64,000 bases of DNA from Candidatus Eiseniibacteriota bacterium (lineage in GTDB: Bacteria; Eisenbacteria; RBG-16-71-46): the NCBI GenBank assembly GCA_963717935.1, contig CAVQXP010000004.1, positions 1,472,001 to 1,536,000 on the forward strand, given 5' to 3'. The notes beneath the pieces are model-generated. The model made no database searches and was not told the origin of the DNA. It worked only from the letters and a program-made list of their open reading frames with translations. Every line of letters begins with the position of its first letter. Positions within the stretch are counted from its first letter, which is position 1. Positions 40,485-50,586 of this stretch are shown here, in pieces. A program made the translations under genes and the position numbers.

Positions 40485-40921
40485 CCGGAAGGCCCGCGGC
40501 TCCACGCCGCCGGTGGAAGGACCCCGCGGCTCGCGACCGCCCCGCGGCCGGACGACGTCACCTGGCCGGTGATGCGCCTCCGGCGCGGACAGGCGGTGGG
40601 GAGGCCTGGAGCTCCCGTCTTTGCCCCCCCGGGTCTCCGACGCCGCCCCCGGCCCCGCCGCCGGCCGCTGGGTGGTCCCACCCGAACCCTCTCATTTTGC
40701 ACTCAAGGTTTGCAGAATGCAGGCCGATACCCCCCCTGCGTGAGGGTTCTTTAGCCCAGCGCAGCAGTCGCCTGCGTACGGAACGTTCGGCACGCGTCAG
40801 AGCCAGGGACCCACAGCGGCGCACCGCCTTGATCCGCGGCACCTCGGTCCCGCGGAACCGGAGGATCCAGGTCTTGAGACCCATCGATTCGTGCCTGCTT
40901 CGCAGGTTCGCGGCGATCGCC

Positions 40922-43192
40922 ATGCTGACGTTGGTGGCTTTCGGATCTTCGCTGCCCGTTCCGCGTGCGGCTCTGGCCTCGGAGCGCAGCCCGGAGGAGT
41001 TGCGGCGCCTGGCGCAGCAACTCGGCTACACGCCCGAGCAGTTGCGCGCGGCGGCCCAGTCGCAGGAGGCGGCCGGCGCGGTCCCGAAGAGCGCGCCCAC
41101 GGTGTCCGCCTCGGCGGCGGCGCAGGCGCTCGCGCCGGAGACGTCGAGGCCCGACGCGCGCGGTCCGGCGCCCGCCCCGGCCACGCCGAACGACGCGCAG
41201 CCCTTCGGCTACGAGGTCTTCCGCTACGCGCCCACCACGTTCGAGCCGCTGGCCTACGGTCCGGTCGACCAGGACTACCCGATCGGCCCGGGCGACGAGC
41301 TGGTCCTCACCATGTGGGGCGACGCCCAGCTCGCGCTCACCGCGACAGTGAACCGCGAGGGCGCGATCGTCCTGCCGGACGTGGGGACGATCCCGGTCAA
41401 CGGGCTCACGTTGGAGGGGGCGCGCTCGCGCATCCGCGCGGTGCTGGCCCGCAGCTACGCCGGTCTGCGCGCGACCGGACCGGGCGCGACGCTCTCGCTC
41501 GATCTCTCGCTCGGCAAGCTGCGCTCGATCCAGGTGTTCCTGCTCGGCGAGGTGGTCAAGCCGGGCGGCTACACCGTGAGTTCGGTGTCGCGGGTGATCA
41601 ATGCGCTGTACGTGGCGGGCGGCGCGACTCGCCCCGGGTCGCTGCGTGACGTGCGCGTGATCCGCAACGGACAGGTCGCCGCGAGCGTGGACCTCTACCG
41701 GCTGCTGCTCACGGGCGACGCCGGGGACGAGACCCGGCTGCAGAACGGCGACGTCATCTTCGTGCCGCCGGTCGGGCGGCGGGTGAAGGTGAGCGGCCCG
41801 CTGCGTCGCAACGGGCTCTTCGAGCTGAAGGACGGCGAGGAACTGAGCGCGCTGCTGCGGATGGCGGGCGGCCCGCGGGCCGACGCCGACCTGTCACGCG
41901 CCCAGATCAATCGCGTGATGCCGCCGGAGCTGCGCGACAGCCTGCCGGGGCAGGACCGTCTTGCCCTCGACGTCTCGCTCGCGGCGGTGGCGGCGGGGCC
42001 CGGCGGCGACGTGCCGTTGTGCGACGCCGACGAACTGGTCGCGTACTCGATCGGGCAGGAGCGGCGCAACACCGTCACGATCTCGGGCTCGAGCGTGCTC
42101 AAGCCGGGCGTCTACGAGTACCAGCCGGGCCTGCGGCTGCGCGAGTTGGTGGCGCTGGCGGGCGGGCTCAAGCCGGAGGTCTTCCTGGGCCGCGCGCAGG
42201 TGACGCGCACCGCCGCCGACCGCACCCGCTCGGTGCTCCGCGTCGACCTGACGCGCGCGCTCGCGGGCGATCCCCGGGACGACCTGGCGCTCGAGCCGCT
42301 CGACGAGCTCGGCGTGCTCTCGAAGTGGGACGTCGAGGAGCGCGGGCGCGTCCGCATCGATGGCCTGGTGCGTCACCCGGGCGAGTACGAGTACCTCGAG
42401 GGCATGACGCTCGCCGACCTCGTGTTCCAGGCGGGCGGTCTGACGGACGACGCCCTGGCCCTGTCGGCCGAGCTCGCGCGGGTGGTCCTGCGGGCGCAGG
42501 GCCTGGAGATCGCGGACACGCTGCGGGTGCCGCTCGAGCGCACGCTCACGGCCGACTCGCGGGCCTCGGCGTTCGCGCTCGAGCGCTGGGACGCCGTGTT
42601 CGTGCGCCGCGACCCGGAGTACCGCGAGCAGGTGTTCGTGAGCGTGGACGGTGAAGTCCGGTTCCCGGGGCGCTATGCACTCACGCGCCGGGACGAGCGC
42701 GTCGCCGACCTGGTGAAGCGCGCGGGCGGCCTCACCGAGCTCGCCTACGCGCCGGGTGCCAGCTTCTCGCGCACCGGCGCCGACCGCCTCGCGATCGACC
42801 TGCCCGCGGTGCTGCGCGACCCGCGCAGTCCCTCGAACCTGGTACTGGAGGCCAGCGACGTGCTCCGGGTGCCGCGCTTCGCGCCGACCGTGACGATCGA
42901 GGGCGCGGTGTTCAACCCGGTGACCGCGCTCTACCGCGCAGGCGCGGGGGTGGGCTACTACGTCACCCAGGCCAACGGCTTCCGCCGGGACGCGGACAAG
43001 CGCCGCACGGTGGTGATCCAGGCGAACGGGAGTGTGCAGAAGGGCGGCACGCCGGGCCCGGGCAGCCGCGTGCTGGTGCCGGCGAGACCGGCCTCGGAGC
43101 AGAAGGACCACCTCAAGGACATCGTGAGCGTGATGGGCATCCTCGCGAGCGCCGCGACCACCGTCTACCTCGTCCACCAGGGTGCGAAGTGA
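40922..43192 (+). CDS. SLBB-domain polysaccharide export protein (Wza/KpsD-like)
   Basis: Signal peptide; Y.IGPGD, repeated G.V..PG.Y and AGG SLBB motifs. Confidence 0.85.
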   Translation: MLTLVAFGSSLPVPRAALASERSPEELRRLAQQLGYTPEQLRAAAQSQEAAGAVPKSAPTVSASAAAQALAPETSRPDARGPAPAPATPNDAQPFGYEVFRYAPTTFEPLAYGPVDQDYPIGPGDELVLTMWGDAQLALTATVNREGAIVLPDVGTIPVNGLTLEGARSRIRAVLARSYAGLRATGPGATLSLDLSLGKLRSIQVFLLGEVVKPGGYTVSSVSRVINALYVAGGATRPGSLRDVRVIRNGQVAASVDLYRLLLTGDAGDETRLQNGDVIFVPPVGRRVKVSGPLRRNGLFELKDGEELSALLRMAGGPRADADLSRAQINRVMPPELRDSLPGQDRLALDVSLAAVAAGPGGDVPLCDADELVAYSIGQERRNTVTISGSSVLKPGVYEYQPGLRLRELVALAGGLKPEVFLGRAQVTRTAADRTRSVLRVDLTRALAGDPRDDLALEPLDELGVLSKWDVEERGRVRIDGLVRHPGEYEYLEGMTLADLVFQAGGLTDDALALSAELARVVLRAQGLEIADTLRVPLERTLTADSRASAFALERWDAVFVRRDPEYREQVFVSVDGEVRFPGRYALTRRDERVADLVKRAGGLTELAYAPGASFSRTGADRLAIDLPAVLRDPRSPSNLVLEASDVLRVPRFAPTVTIEGAVFNPVTALYRAGAGVGYYVTQANGFRRDADKRRTVVIQANGSVQKGGTPGPGSRVLVPARPASEQKDHLKDIVSVMGILASAATTVYLVHQGAK

Positions 43193-44202
43193 GCGCGGCG
43201 CCCGAGACCGCGCCGGCCGTCCGCGGGCGTGTGCTGCTCGAGCCCGACGAGACGCCCGGCGCCGGGTTCGACTGGCGCGCCGCCCTGGCGCGGCTCTGGT
43301 CGCGGCGCCGGCGGCTGGCCGCGCTGGCGGCCGGCGGGGCCGTGGTGGCGTTCGCGCTCTCCTTCCTGCTGCCGCCGGTGTACGAAGCGAGCGTGACCCT
43401 GATGGAGGCGCAGAGCAGCAGCCTGGGCTCGGTGTCGCCCCAGCTCGGCATGCTGGAGGAGCAGTACGCCCTGCGCCTCGGCGCCCGCACGAGCGGGGTC
43501 AGCACCTACCCCGAGATCGTGCGCAGCCGCCAGTTGCTCACCCGCGTGCTCGAGCAGCGTTTCCCGACCGCGCGCCATCGCACGGTGCGGCTGCTGGACC
43601 GGCTGACCCGCCCCGCCCCGGCGGCCCGGCGCCTCGACCTCGGGGTGCGCCGGCTGCGGCGGCGGGTGGACCCGGCGCTCGACCGGCGCACCGGCATCCT
43701 CACCGTGCGCGTGAGCCTCGACGATCCGGTCCTCGCCGCGGGCGTCGCGACCGCGGCGTGCGCGGCGCTCCAGGACATCGTGGTGCACTCGATGAACACC
43801 CAGGCCGGTGCCAACCGCCGCTTCATCGAGGCGCGCGTGGCGGAGGCCCGGCGCGACCTGGCCCGGGCCGAGGACGCCCTGCGCGCGTTCCGCGAGAACA
43901 ACCTGCGCGGCAGTTCGCCGCGCCTGCTCACCGGGGAGGCGCGCCTGGTGCGCGAGATGCGCACCCAGGAGGAGATCATGCTCACTCTCACGCGCCAGTA
44001 CGAGATCGCGCGCGTGGAGGAACAGAAGAACGTGCCGGTCATCAACGTGCTGGACCCCGCCGTGCCGCCGGCCTTCCGCAGCGCGCCGCGGCGCAGCCTC
44101 CTGGCCGCGCTCGGACTGCTGCTCGCCCTGGCGTGCGGTGCCGCCTGGGTGCTGGCTCGGGAGCCCGCGCTCGCCAGGGCCGTGACCGGTGTGCGCGACT
44201 GA
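43189..44202 (+). CDS. Wzz/GNVR-type polysaccharide co-polymerase
   Basis: Two terminal TMs, coiled coil, VLDPA.PP...S.P.R. Confidence 0.8.
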   Translation: MSAAPETAPAVRGRVLLEPDETPGAGFDWRAALARLWSRRRRLAALAAGGAVVAFALSFLLPPVYEASVTLMEAQSSSLGSVSPQLGMLEEQYALRLGARTSGVSTYPEIVRSRQLLTRVLEQRFPTARHRTVRLLDRLTRPAPAARRLDLGVRRLRRRVDPALDRRTGILTVRVSLDDPVLAAGVATAACAALQDIVVHSMNTQAGANRRFIEARVAEARRDLARAEDALRAFRENNLRGSSPRLLTGEARLVREMRTQEEIMLTLTRQYEIARVEEQKNVPVINVLDPAVPPAFRSAPRRSLLAALGLLLALACGAAWVLAREPALARAVTGVRD

Positions 44203-45745
44203 GGCCGGCCCCGCGCTCGCCGAACGCGACGCCGCGGGGCGCTCGACTCGACGAGCGGGCACGGCTGCGGCCGTTCGCCTCCCCGACGCGGGGGCCGTCT
44301 CGGAGCCCGCGGGTGTCGGCCATGCGCGCGCCCGGCTCTCGGGCCACCTGGCCTGGAACCTCGGCGCCGACCTGGCCGCGCGGGGGGCTTCGCTGTGGCT
44401 GGCGTTCTTCTGCGCCCGCTTGCTGGGCGTCGCGGGATTCGGGCGCTTCAGCTTCGCCCTGGCCGCCGCGCAGTACGCCTGGCTCGTCGGCGACGCGGCC
44501 CTCAACGGCGGCTACGCGACGCGCGAGACCGCGCGCGACCGGGGTGCCACGCCGGGGCAGGCCGGGCTGTTCTGGAGCGCGCGCCTGGCCGCGGCGCTGG
44601 CCCTCACCGCGCTCTACCTGACGGTCGTCCTGTTCGTCCCCGGTGAGCCCGCGACCCGCCGGGCACTCGCTGCGGCGGCGATCTTCTTCCTGGCCTACGC
44701 CGCGTTCCCGGACTGGGCGCTGCGGGGCCTGGAGGACTTCCGCGGGCTCGCGCTGGGCAACGCCGTCTACGCCGTGAGCCTCATCGCCGCTACCCTGGTG
44801 CTGCTCCCGGCGCACCCGGACCCCGCGCTGGCGGTGGGGTTGTGGGGCGGGTGCTTCGCCCTCGCGGCACTGGCCACGCTGCCGCGCCTGACGCGCCGGG
44901 GCCTGCTGAGCCTGCGGCTGGCGTTCTCGGTGATGGCGTGGCGGCCCCATGTCCGGCGCTCGTCCATGTTCTCGCTGGGCTCGGTCGCCGCGATCGGCTA
45001 CACGCAGCTGCCCATCCTGCTCGCGGGTGTGCTGACCGGGCCGCAGGAGGTGGGGCTGTTCTCGGCCGGGTTCCGCCTGCTGCTGGCGTTCATCGGCGCG
45101 CTCATGATCCTGTGGTGGCCGCTGATGCCGGTGCTGACGCGCGAGCAACCGGGTTCCCCGGTGTTCCGCGAGGTGCTCGGCAGCTCGGCGGCGCTGGTGC
45201 TGGCGCTCAGCGTGCCGGTCGCGCTCGCGTTCACGCGTTTCCCCGCCGAGGTACTGGCCGCGCTCTTCGGCCGCGGCTACGTCGCGGGTGCGGCGGCGCT
45301 GGCGATCGGCGCGTGGGTGCTGCCCCTGTACGCGCTCACCGGCCTGCTCGAGCAGACCAGCCTCGCGCTCGGCCGTGAGCGCCTGCGCGCGAGGGTGGCG
45401 TGGACGACCCTTGGCGCGATGGGCGCGCTGGCGCTCCTGCTCGTCCCGCGCCTGGGCGCGGTGGGGGCGGCGTTGACCTCGGTGGCCGGCTTCGCGCTGG
45501 CGCTGGCGTTGTACGCAGCGCGGCTGCGCCGGCACGTCCAGCTCGGCGACGTGTTCCGCCCGCTGGTGCGCGTCGGCGCGGCCGGCAGCGCGCTCGCCCT
45601 GTTCTGGTTCGCCGCGCCGCGCCTGGCGCCGCTGCCCGTCTGGGTCTGGCTCGCGGCGGGCGCGGCGCTCTACGTTCCGCTCGCGCTCGGTCTCGGGTTG
45701 CTGCGGCTCGCGCCCGGGCTGACGTGGCCGCGGAGACCGCGATGA
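44189..45745 (+). CDS. Wzx-type flippase
   Basis: ARLLG...FG, many TMs, VG.FS, LG..GAA; start uncertain. Confidence 0.8.
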   Translation: MCATEAGPALAERDAAGRSTRRAGTAAAVRLPDAGAVSEPAGVGHARARLSGHLAWNLGADLAARGASLWLAFFCARLLGVAGFGRFSFALAAAQYAWLVGDAALNGGYATRETARDRGATPGQAGLFWSARLAAALALTALYLTVVLFVPGEPATRRALAAAAIFFLAYAAFPDWALRGLEDFRGLALGNAVYAVSLIAATLVLLPAHPDPALAVGLWGGCFALAALATLPRLTRRGLLSLRLAFSVMAWRPHVRRSSMFSLGSVAAIGYTQLPILLAGVLTGPQEVGLFSAGFRLLLAFIGALMILWWPLMPVLTREQPGSPVFREVLGSSAALVLALSVPVALAFTRFPAEVLAALFGRGYVAGAAALAIGAWVLPLYALTGLLEQTSLALGRERLRARVAWTTLGAMGALALLLVPRLGAVGAALTSVAGFALALALYAARLRRHVQLGDVFRPLVRVGAAGSALALFWFAAPRLAPLPVWVWLAAGAALYVPLALGLGLLRLAPGLTWPRRPR

Positions 45746-46836
45746 CCCGCCGGGCGCCGGAGCGGCGCGAGGCGGGCCGCGTGGTCCTGCAGCGGATCCC
45801 CCGCGGTCCGCTCCCGGAGCACCCGTTCGTTTCGGTCCTCGTGGCCGTGCGCGACGAGGAGCGCCACATCGCCCGGGCGTTGGAGGCCGTGTGCCGGCAG
45901 TCCTACCCGCGCGCCGCCGTCGAGATCCTGGTGGTGGACGGAGAGTCGGACGACCGCACCCGCGAGGTCGTCGCGGGTCTGGCCTTGCGGGACCCGCGCG
46001 TGCGCCTGCTCCACAATCCCCTGCGCCGCGTCGCCGGCGGACTCAACGTCGGACTGCGCGCCGCGCGCGGCGCCGTGATCGTGCGGGTGGACGGCCACTG
46101 CGTGATCCCGCCGGACTACGTCGCCGCCTGCGTGCGGAGGCTCCGCGCCGGCGAGGCGGACTGTACGGGCGGCCCGGTGCGCGCGGAGGGCGAGACGACC
46201 ATGGGGCGCGCCATCGCGCGGGCCATGAGCACGCCGTTCGGCGTGGGCGGGGCCGCCTTCCGCTGGGCGGACGCCGTGCGCGAGGTGGACCACTTGCCGT
46301 TCGGGGCGTGGCGACGCGAGGTGTTCGAGGTCATCGGCCCCTTCGACGAGACGCTGGTGCGCAACCAGGACGACGAGTTGAGCGATCGGCTGCGCCGGCA
46401 CGGCGGCCGCATCGTCATGGATCCCGCCATCCCGGTGCGCTACTTCAGCCGCACCCGCCTGGCCGGGCTGTGGCGGCAGTATCTCGGGTATGGCTTCTGG
46501 AAGGTGCGGGTCATCCGCAACCGCGGTGGCTGGCCCGCTTCGCCCCGCCACCTCGTCCCGGCGGTCTTCGTGTGCGCGGTGCTCGGCTCGCTCCTGGCCG
46601 CGGCGGGGACGCGTCACTGGCTGCTGCTGGCCGGCGTGCTGGGGCCCTACGCGCTGTTCCTGCTGGTCGCGACCGTGCAGTCCCTCGCCTCGCTCCGCGA
46701 CCGCGCGGCACTGCTCGTGCCGGGCGCGCTGGCGGCGATGCACGTGGCCTACGGCGTCGGGTTCCTCCTGGCGCTCGCCCGGCCGCCGAAGCCGGCGCCC
46801 TCCGCGACGCCATCGTCCGAGCGGCGGGCCGCATGA
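45742..46836 (+). CDS. Glycosyltransferase family 2 (ExoA-like)
   Basis: VVDG.S.D.T, VRVDGH, RNQD.E, QY..YG.W. Confidence 0.88.
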   Translation: MTRRAPERREAGRVVLQRIPRGPLPEHPFVSVLVAVRDEERHIARALEAVCRQSYPRAAVEILVVDGESDDRTREVVAGLALRDPRVRLLHNPLRRVAGGLNVGLRAARGAVIVRVDGHCVIPPDYVAACVRRLRAGEADCTGGPVRAEGETTMGRAIARAMSTPFGVGGAAFRWADAVREVDHLPFGAWRREVFEVIGPFDETLVRNQDDELSDRLRRHGGRIVMDPAIPVRYFSRTRLAGLWRQYLGYGFWKVRVIRNRGGWPASPRHLVPAVFVCAVLGSLLAAAGTRHWLLLAGVLGPYALFLLVATVQSLASLRDRAALLVPGALAAMHVAYGVGFLLALARPPKPAPSATPSSERRAA

Positions 46837-48305
46837 GCGTCGCGACCCTGCGCCCGGCACTCGCGCCGGCCCCGGCGCTGGCCTCGTATCCCCTGCGCGT
46901 CCTGGCGGTCGTGGTGTGGGCGGCGATCGCCCTGGCGCTCGCCCCCTGGGCGACGGACGCGTTCGTCTGGTGGAGCGGCGCGGGGCTGGCGCTGGTCGCG
47001 CTGTGGCCGTTCGCGCGCGCCCGGCGGCGCGGCCTGGACCCGGGCGACGCCCTGTGGTGCTTCCTGCTCTACTTCGTGCTCGCCATGCTGCTGCGGGGGG
47101 TCGGAGTCCTCACCTTCGTGGACAGCCCGTACCTGCGCGTGCTCGGCGATCCGCAGTCGGCGTCCTACCGCCAGTGGGCGGGATGGATGTTCTTCTACTC
47201 CGCCCTCGGCCTCGCCGCCCTGAACGCCGCCTACCACGCGCCCTCCGCGCGTCGCCGGGCCCTCGCCTGGCTCGAGCGCAGCGCGCTGCTGCGGGCGCCC
47301 TGGCGTGAGTCGCGCATCGTGCCCGTGGGCCTGGCGTTGCTCGGGATCGGCGCGATCGGCGCGATGCTGCGCCTGCACTCGCTCGGCGGATTCGCGAGCG
47401 CCGCGGCCGATCCGCTCGCCGCCAACCAGGGCGCGCTCGGGTACTTCTGGCAGATCGCGCTCACCGAGTTCGCGGTCGTGGGCTTCCACGTGCTCGTGAT
47501 CGGCGCGATGCTCCGCGGGGACCGGCGTCTGCCGTGGATCTGGCTCGGCCTCGGCCTTCTCCTGAGCGCGCCCCTCTACCTGATCAGCAGCTCCAAGGCA
47601 CTCCTCATCCGAGTGCTCTTCACTCCCATGCTGTTCTGGCACTTCCTGCGCAGGCCCCTGCGCCTGGGACACGTGTTCGGCTTCTTCGCCGGGTTCGTGC
47701 TGCTGTTCCCGCTGTTCTATGCCTACCGATCGCTCGGCATCGAGGGGCTCGACGGCGTGGGGCTCTATTTCGAGACCACCGATGCGCCGTGGCTCAAGTT
47801 CTACAACCGCGCCTACGACGCGGACAGCTTCATGCGCGTGCTGCATGCGACCGGCCAGGGCCTGGTGCCGCTCCAGTGGGGCCACAGCCTGCAGGACCTG
47901 TTCTTCTTCTTCATCCCGCGTGCGCTGTGGGCGGCGAAGCCGGAGAGCTTCGGCCTCGGCTTCGGCACGCTCTACATGCCGGAGGTCGAATGGGGGGGGT
48001 TGATGACGTACATGTCCCCGTCCCTGCCGGGCGAGCTGTTCCTCAACTTCCACGTGCCCGGCCTGCTGGCCGGCTTCCTCCTGCTCGGGTGGGGCCTGCG
48101 CGCGGCCGTCACACTGGCGCGCCGCGGGGGGCCGGGCGCGGTGCTGCTCTACGGCTACTTCTTCCTGGCGGCCGTGCACCTGGTCGAGGGTTCGATCGCC
48201 GCCCAGATCGAGTTCTTCCTCACCAGCGCCGTCCCGGCGCTCATCGCATTGTTGCTGTTGCGTGGGCGCTGCGCGCCCGGCGCACCCTCCAGGGAGTCCG
48301 CATGA
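46833..48305 (+). CDS. Putative Wzy polymerase
   Basis: Polytopic membrane protein; IPR.LW..KP and PSL.GE.F.NF; cluster context. Confidence 0.7.
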   Translation: MSVATLRPALAPAPALASYPLRVLAVVVWAAIALALAPWATDAFVWWSGAGLALVALWPFARARRRGLDPGDALWCFLLYFVLAMLLRGVGVLTFVDSPYLRVLGDPQSASYRQWAGWMFFYSALGLAALNAAYHAPSARRRALAWLERSALLRAPWRESRIVPVGLALLGIGAIGAMLRLHSLGGFASAAADPLAANQGALGYFWQIALTEFAVVGFHVLVIGAMLRGDRRLPWIWLGLGLLLSAPLYLISSSKALLIRVLFTPMLFWHFLRRPLRLGHVFGFFAGFVLLFPLFYAYRSLGIEGLDGVGLYFETTDAPWLKFYNRAYDADSFMRVLHATGQGLVPLQWGHSLQDLFFFFIPRALWAAKPESFGLGFGTLYMPEVEWGGLMTYMSPSLPGELFLNFHVPGLLAGFLLLGWGLRAAVTLARRGGPGAVLLYGYFFLAAVHLVEGSIAAQIEFFLTSAVPALIALLLLRGRCAPGAPSRESA

Positions 48306-49441
48306 CCGTCTCCGTGCAGCCCGGGCCCGCGGGGGCCACGCCGGCCGAGCCTTCGCGCATCCCGCCCCGGCGGATCCTGTTCGTCGGGCCGCTGGTGGAG
48401 GGCAGCACGACGCTCCAGCGCTGCCGGACGTTGCGGCGGCTGGGCCACGAAGTGCTCGCCGTGGACGAGTTGCCCGCGCCGTGGTCGAGGGTGGCGCTGA
48501 CGCTCCCGTACCGGGCGTTCCACCGGTTCGGCGGACCCCACGACCTCGCGGGCGTGAACCGCCAGATGCGTGCCGTGGACGCCGGTTTCGCGCCGCACCT
48601 GGTGTGGATCGAGAAGGGACTCGCCGTCGAGGCGGCGACCCTGCGCGCGCTCCGGGAGCGCTGGCCGCGGACCGTGATGCTCAACTACTCGGGGGACGAC
48701 ATGTTCAACCCGCGCAACCAGTCCCGGCGCTGGCGCGCGGGCCTGCGGCTCTACGACCTGCACGTCACCACCAAGCGTCACAACGTGCCCGAGCTTTGGG
48801 ATGCCGGTGCGCGTGACGTCTTCCACGTGGACAAGGCGTTCGACCCGCTGGCGCACCGGCCGATGCCCGTGACCCCGGAGGTCCGCGCGCGTCTCGGCGG
48901 CGACGTCGGCTTCGTCGGTTGGCCCGAGGCCAAACGGGCGGCCTCGATGCTCCACCTCGCCCGCCGCGGCGTGCCGGTGCGGATCTGGGGGCCCTGGGGG
49001 CGCTTGCGCTGGTCCCATCCCAACCTGCGCGTCGAGGGCCGGCCGCTGTGGAGCGACGATTACGCCAGCGCCCTGTCCGCCTTCCGTATCAACCTGTGCT
49101 TCCTGCGCAAGGTGAATCGCGACCGCCACACCACCCGCAGCGTCGAGATCCCGGCGTGTGGCGGATTCATGCTGGCCGAGCGCACCGAGGAGCATCGCGC
49201 GTTGTTCGAGGAGGACCGCGAGGCCGTGTATTTCTCGTCCGACGACGAGTTGCTCGAGAAGGTCCGCTGGTACCTGGCGCACGAAGACGAACGGGCGCGC
49301 ATCGCCGAGGCCGGCCGGCGACGCTGCTGGACCGGCGGCTACACCTACGAGCGGCGTCTCGAGGACGTCCTGGCCTACGTCGCAGTGCGCGACGGGGGAC
49401 CGGCGGGCGCGGTGGACCTGTCGTGCGCGGCGGAGGCCTGA
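48302..49441 (+). CDS. CgeB-like glycosyltransferase
   Basis: INLCFLRK.NRD.HT.RS.EIPACGGF.L.ERT.EH. Confidence 0.8.
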   Translation: MTVSVQPGPAGATPAEPSRIPPRRILFVGPLVEGSTTLQRCRTLRRLGHEVLAVDELPAPWSRVALTLPYRAFHRFGGPHDLAGVNRQMRAVDAGFAPHLVWIEKGLAVEAATLRALRERWPRTVMLNYSGDDMFNPRNQSRRWRAGLRLYDLHVTTKRHNVPELWDAGARDVFHVDKAFDPLAHRPMPVTPEVRARLGGDVGFVGWPEAKRAASMLHLARRGVPVRIWGPWGRLRWSHPNLRVEGRPLWSDDYASALSAFRINLCFLRKVNRDRHTTRSVEIPACGGFMLAERTEEHRALFEEDREAVYFSSDDELLEKVRWYLAHEDERARIAEAGRRRCWTGGYTYERRLEDVLAYVAVRDGGPAGAVDLSCAAEA

Positions 49442-49443
49442 CC

Positions 49444-50586
49444 ATGGCGCGCATCACGTACTTCTACCGCGAGATGTCCGAGTACATCCAGATCGACCTC
49501 GATCTGCTGCGCGAGCGCCACGACCTCACGGTCATCGAGTGCCGCTCGCGCTGGCCGCGGCCGCTGCGGCTGCTGCGGCTCGTTCGCTCGAGCGACATCG
49601 TGATGTCGTGGTTCGCGAGCTGGCACTCGCTGTTGCCGGCGCTGGCCTGCCGCCTGCTGGGCAAGCCCATGCTCGTGACGGCCGGCGGCTACGACACCGC
49701 CACGGGGACGGAGAGCGGCTATGGCGCCGCCCGCGGGTGGTTCAAGCGCCTGGTCACGCGGCTCACGATGCGGCTCGCGACGCGGCTGGTCGTGGTCTCG
49801 CAGTTCGCGCGGCGCGAGGCGCTGGCGGCCGGGGCCGACCTGGCCAAGCTCGTGGTCGTCCCGCACGGCCTGGAGCCCGCCCGCTACCTGGACCCGGGTG
49901 TGGCGCGCGAGGAGCTGGCGGTCACGGTGGGGGGCGTCAATACGAGCAACCTCACGCGCAAGGGGCTGGAGTCCTTCGTGCGGGCCGCCGCGCGGCTGCC
50001 GCAGCTGCGGTTCGTCGTGGTCGGCGCCTGGATGGACGGTGCCATCGACCGGCTCCGCGGGATCGCGACCCCCAACGTCACGTTCACCGGCCGCGTCTCG
50101 CACGAGGAGAAGGTCGCCTGGCTGTGGCGCGCGCGCATCGCGGTGCAGGCGTCGCGGCACGAGGCCTTCGGCCTCTCGCTGGCCGAGAGCATGCTCTGCG
50201 GTGCGGTCCCGGTCGTCACCGATGCGGGGGCGCTGCCGGAGGTTGTGGGCGACACGGGCGTCATCGTCGCCTCGCAGGACCCGGACGATCTCGCCGACGG
50301 CATCCGCAGGGCGCTCGGGCTCGGCCCGCACGCCGGCCAACGGGCCCAGGACCGCGTGCGGTCGCGCTTCACGATCGACCAGCGCCGGGCCCTGCTGCAC
50401 GACGTGGTCGGGCAGCAGGGCTCCGGCAGGGAGCCGAGCGCGGCAGGCGCGGGTCCTGCGGCGCGGCTCCCGGAGTCGCGGGGGCGGCCCGACCCCGCTC
50501 GCGTCGACGCGCGCAGCAGCGGAGCGCCGGGAACCAGGATCCGTCCGTCGAGGGAAGGAGGTCGTCATGTCAAGTCTCGCCTGTGA
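49444..50586 (+). CDS. Glycosyltransferase family 4
   Basis: RKG and EAFGLSLAESM.CG.VPV motifs. Confidence 0.85.
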   Translation: MARITYFYREMSEYIQIDLDLLRERHDLTVIECRSRWPRPLRLLRLVRSSDIVMSWFASWHSLLPALACRLLGKPMLVTAGGYDTATGTESGYGAARGWFKRLVTRLTMRLATRLVVVSQFARREALAAGADLAKLVVVPHGLEPARYLDPGVAREELAVTVGGVNTSNLTRKGLESFVRAAARLPQLRFVVVGAWMDGAIDRLRGIATPNVTFTGRVSHEEKVAWLWRARIAVQASRHEAFGLSLAESMLCGAVPVVTDAGALPEVVGDTGVIVASQDPDDLADGIRRALGLGPHAGQRAQDRVRSRFTIDQRRALLHDVVGQQGSGREPSAAGAGPAARLPESRGRPDPARVDARSSGAPGTRIRPSREGGRHVKSRL

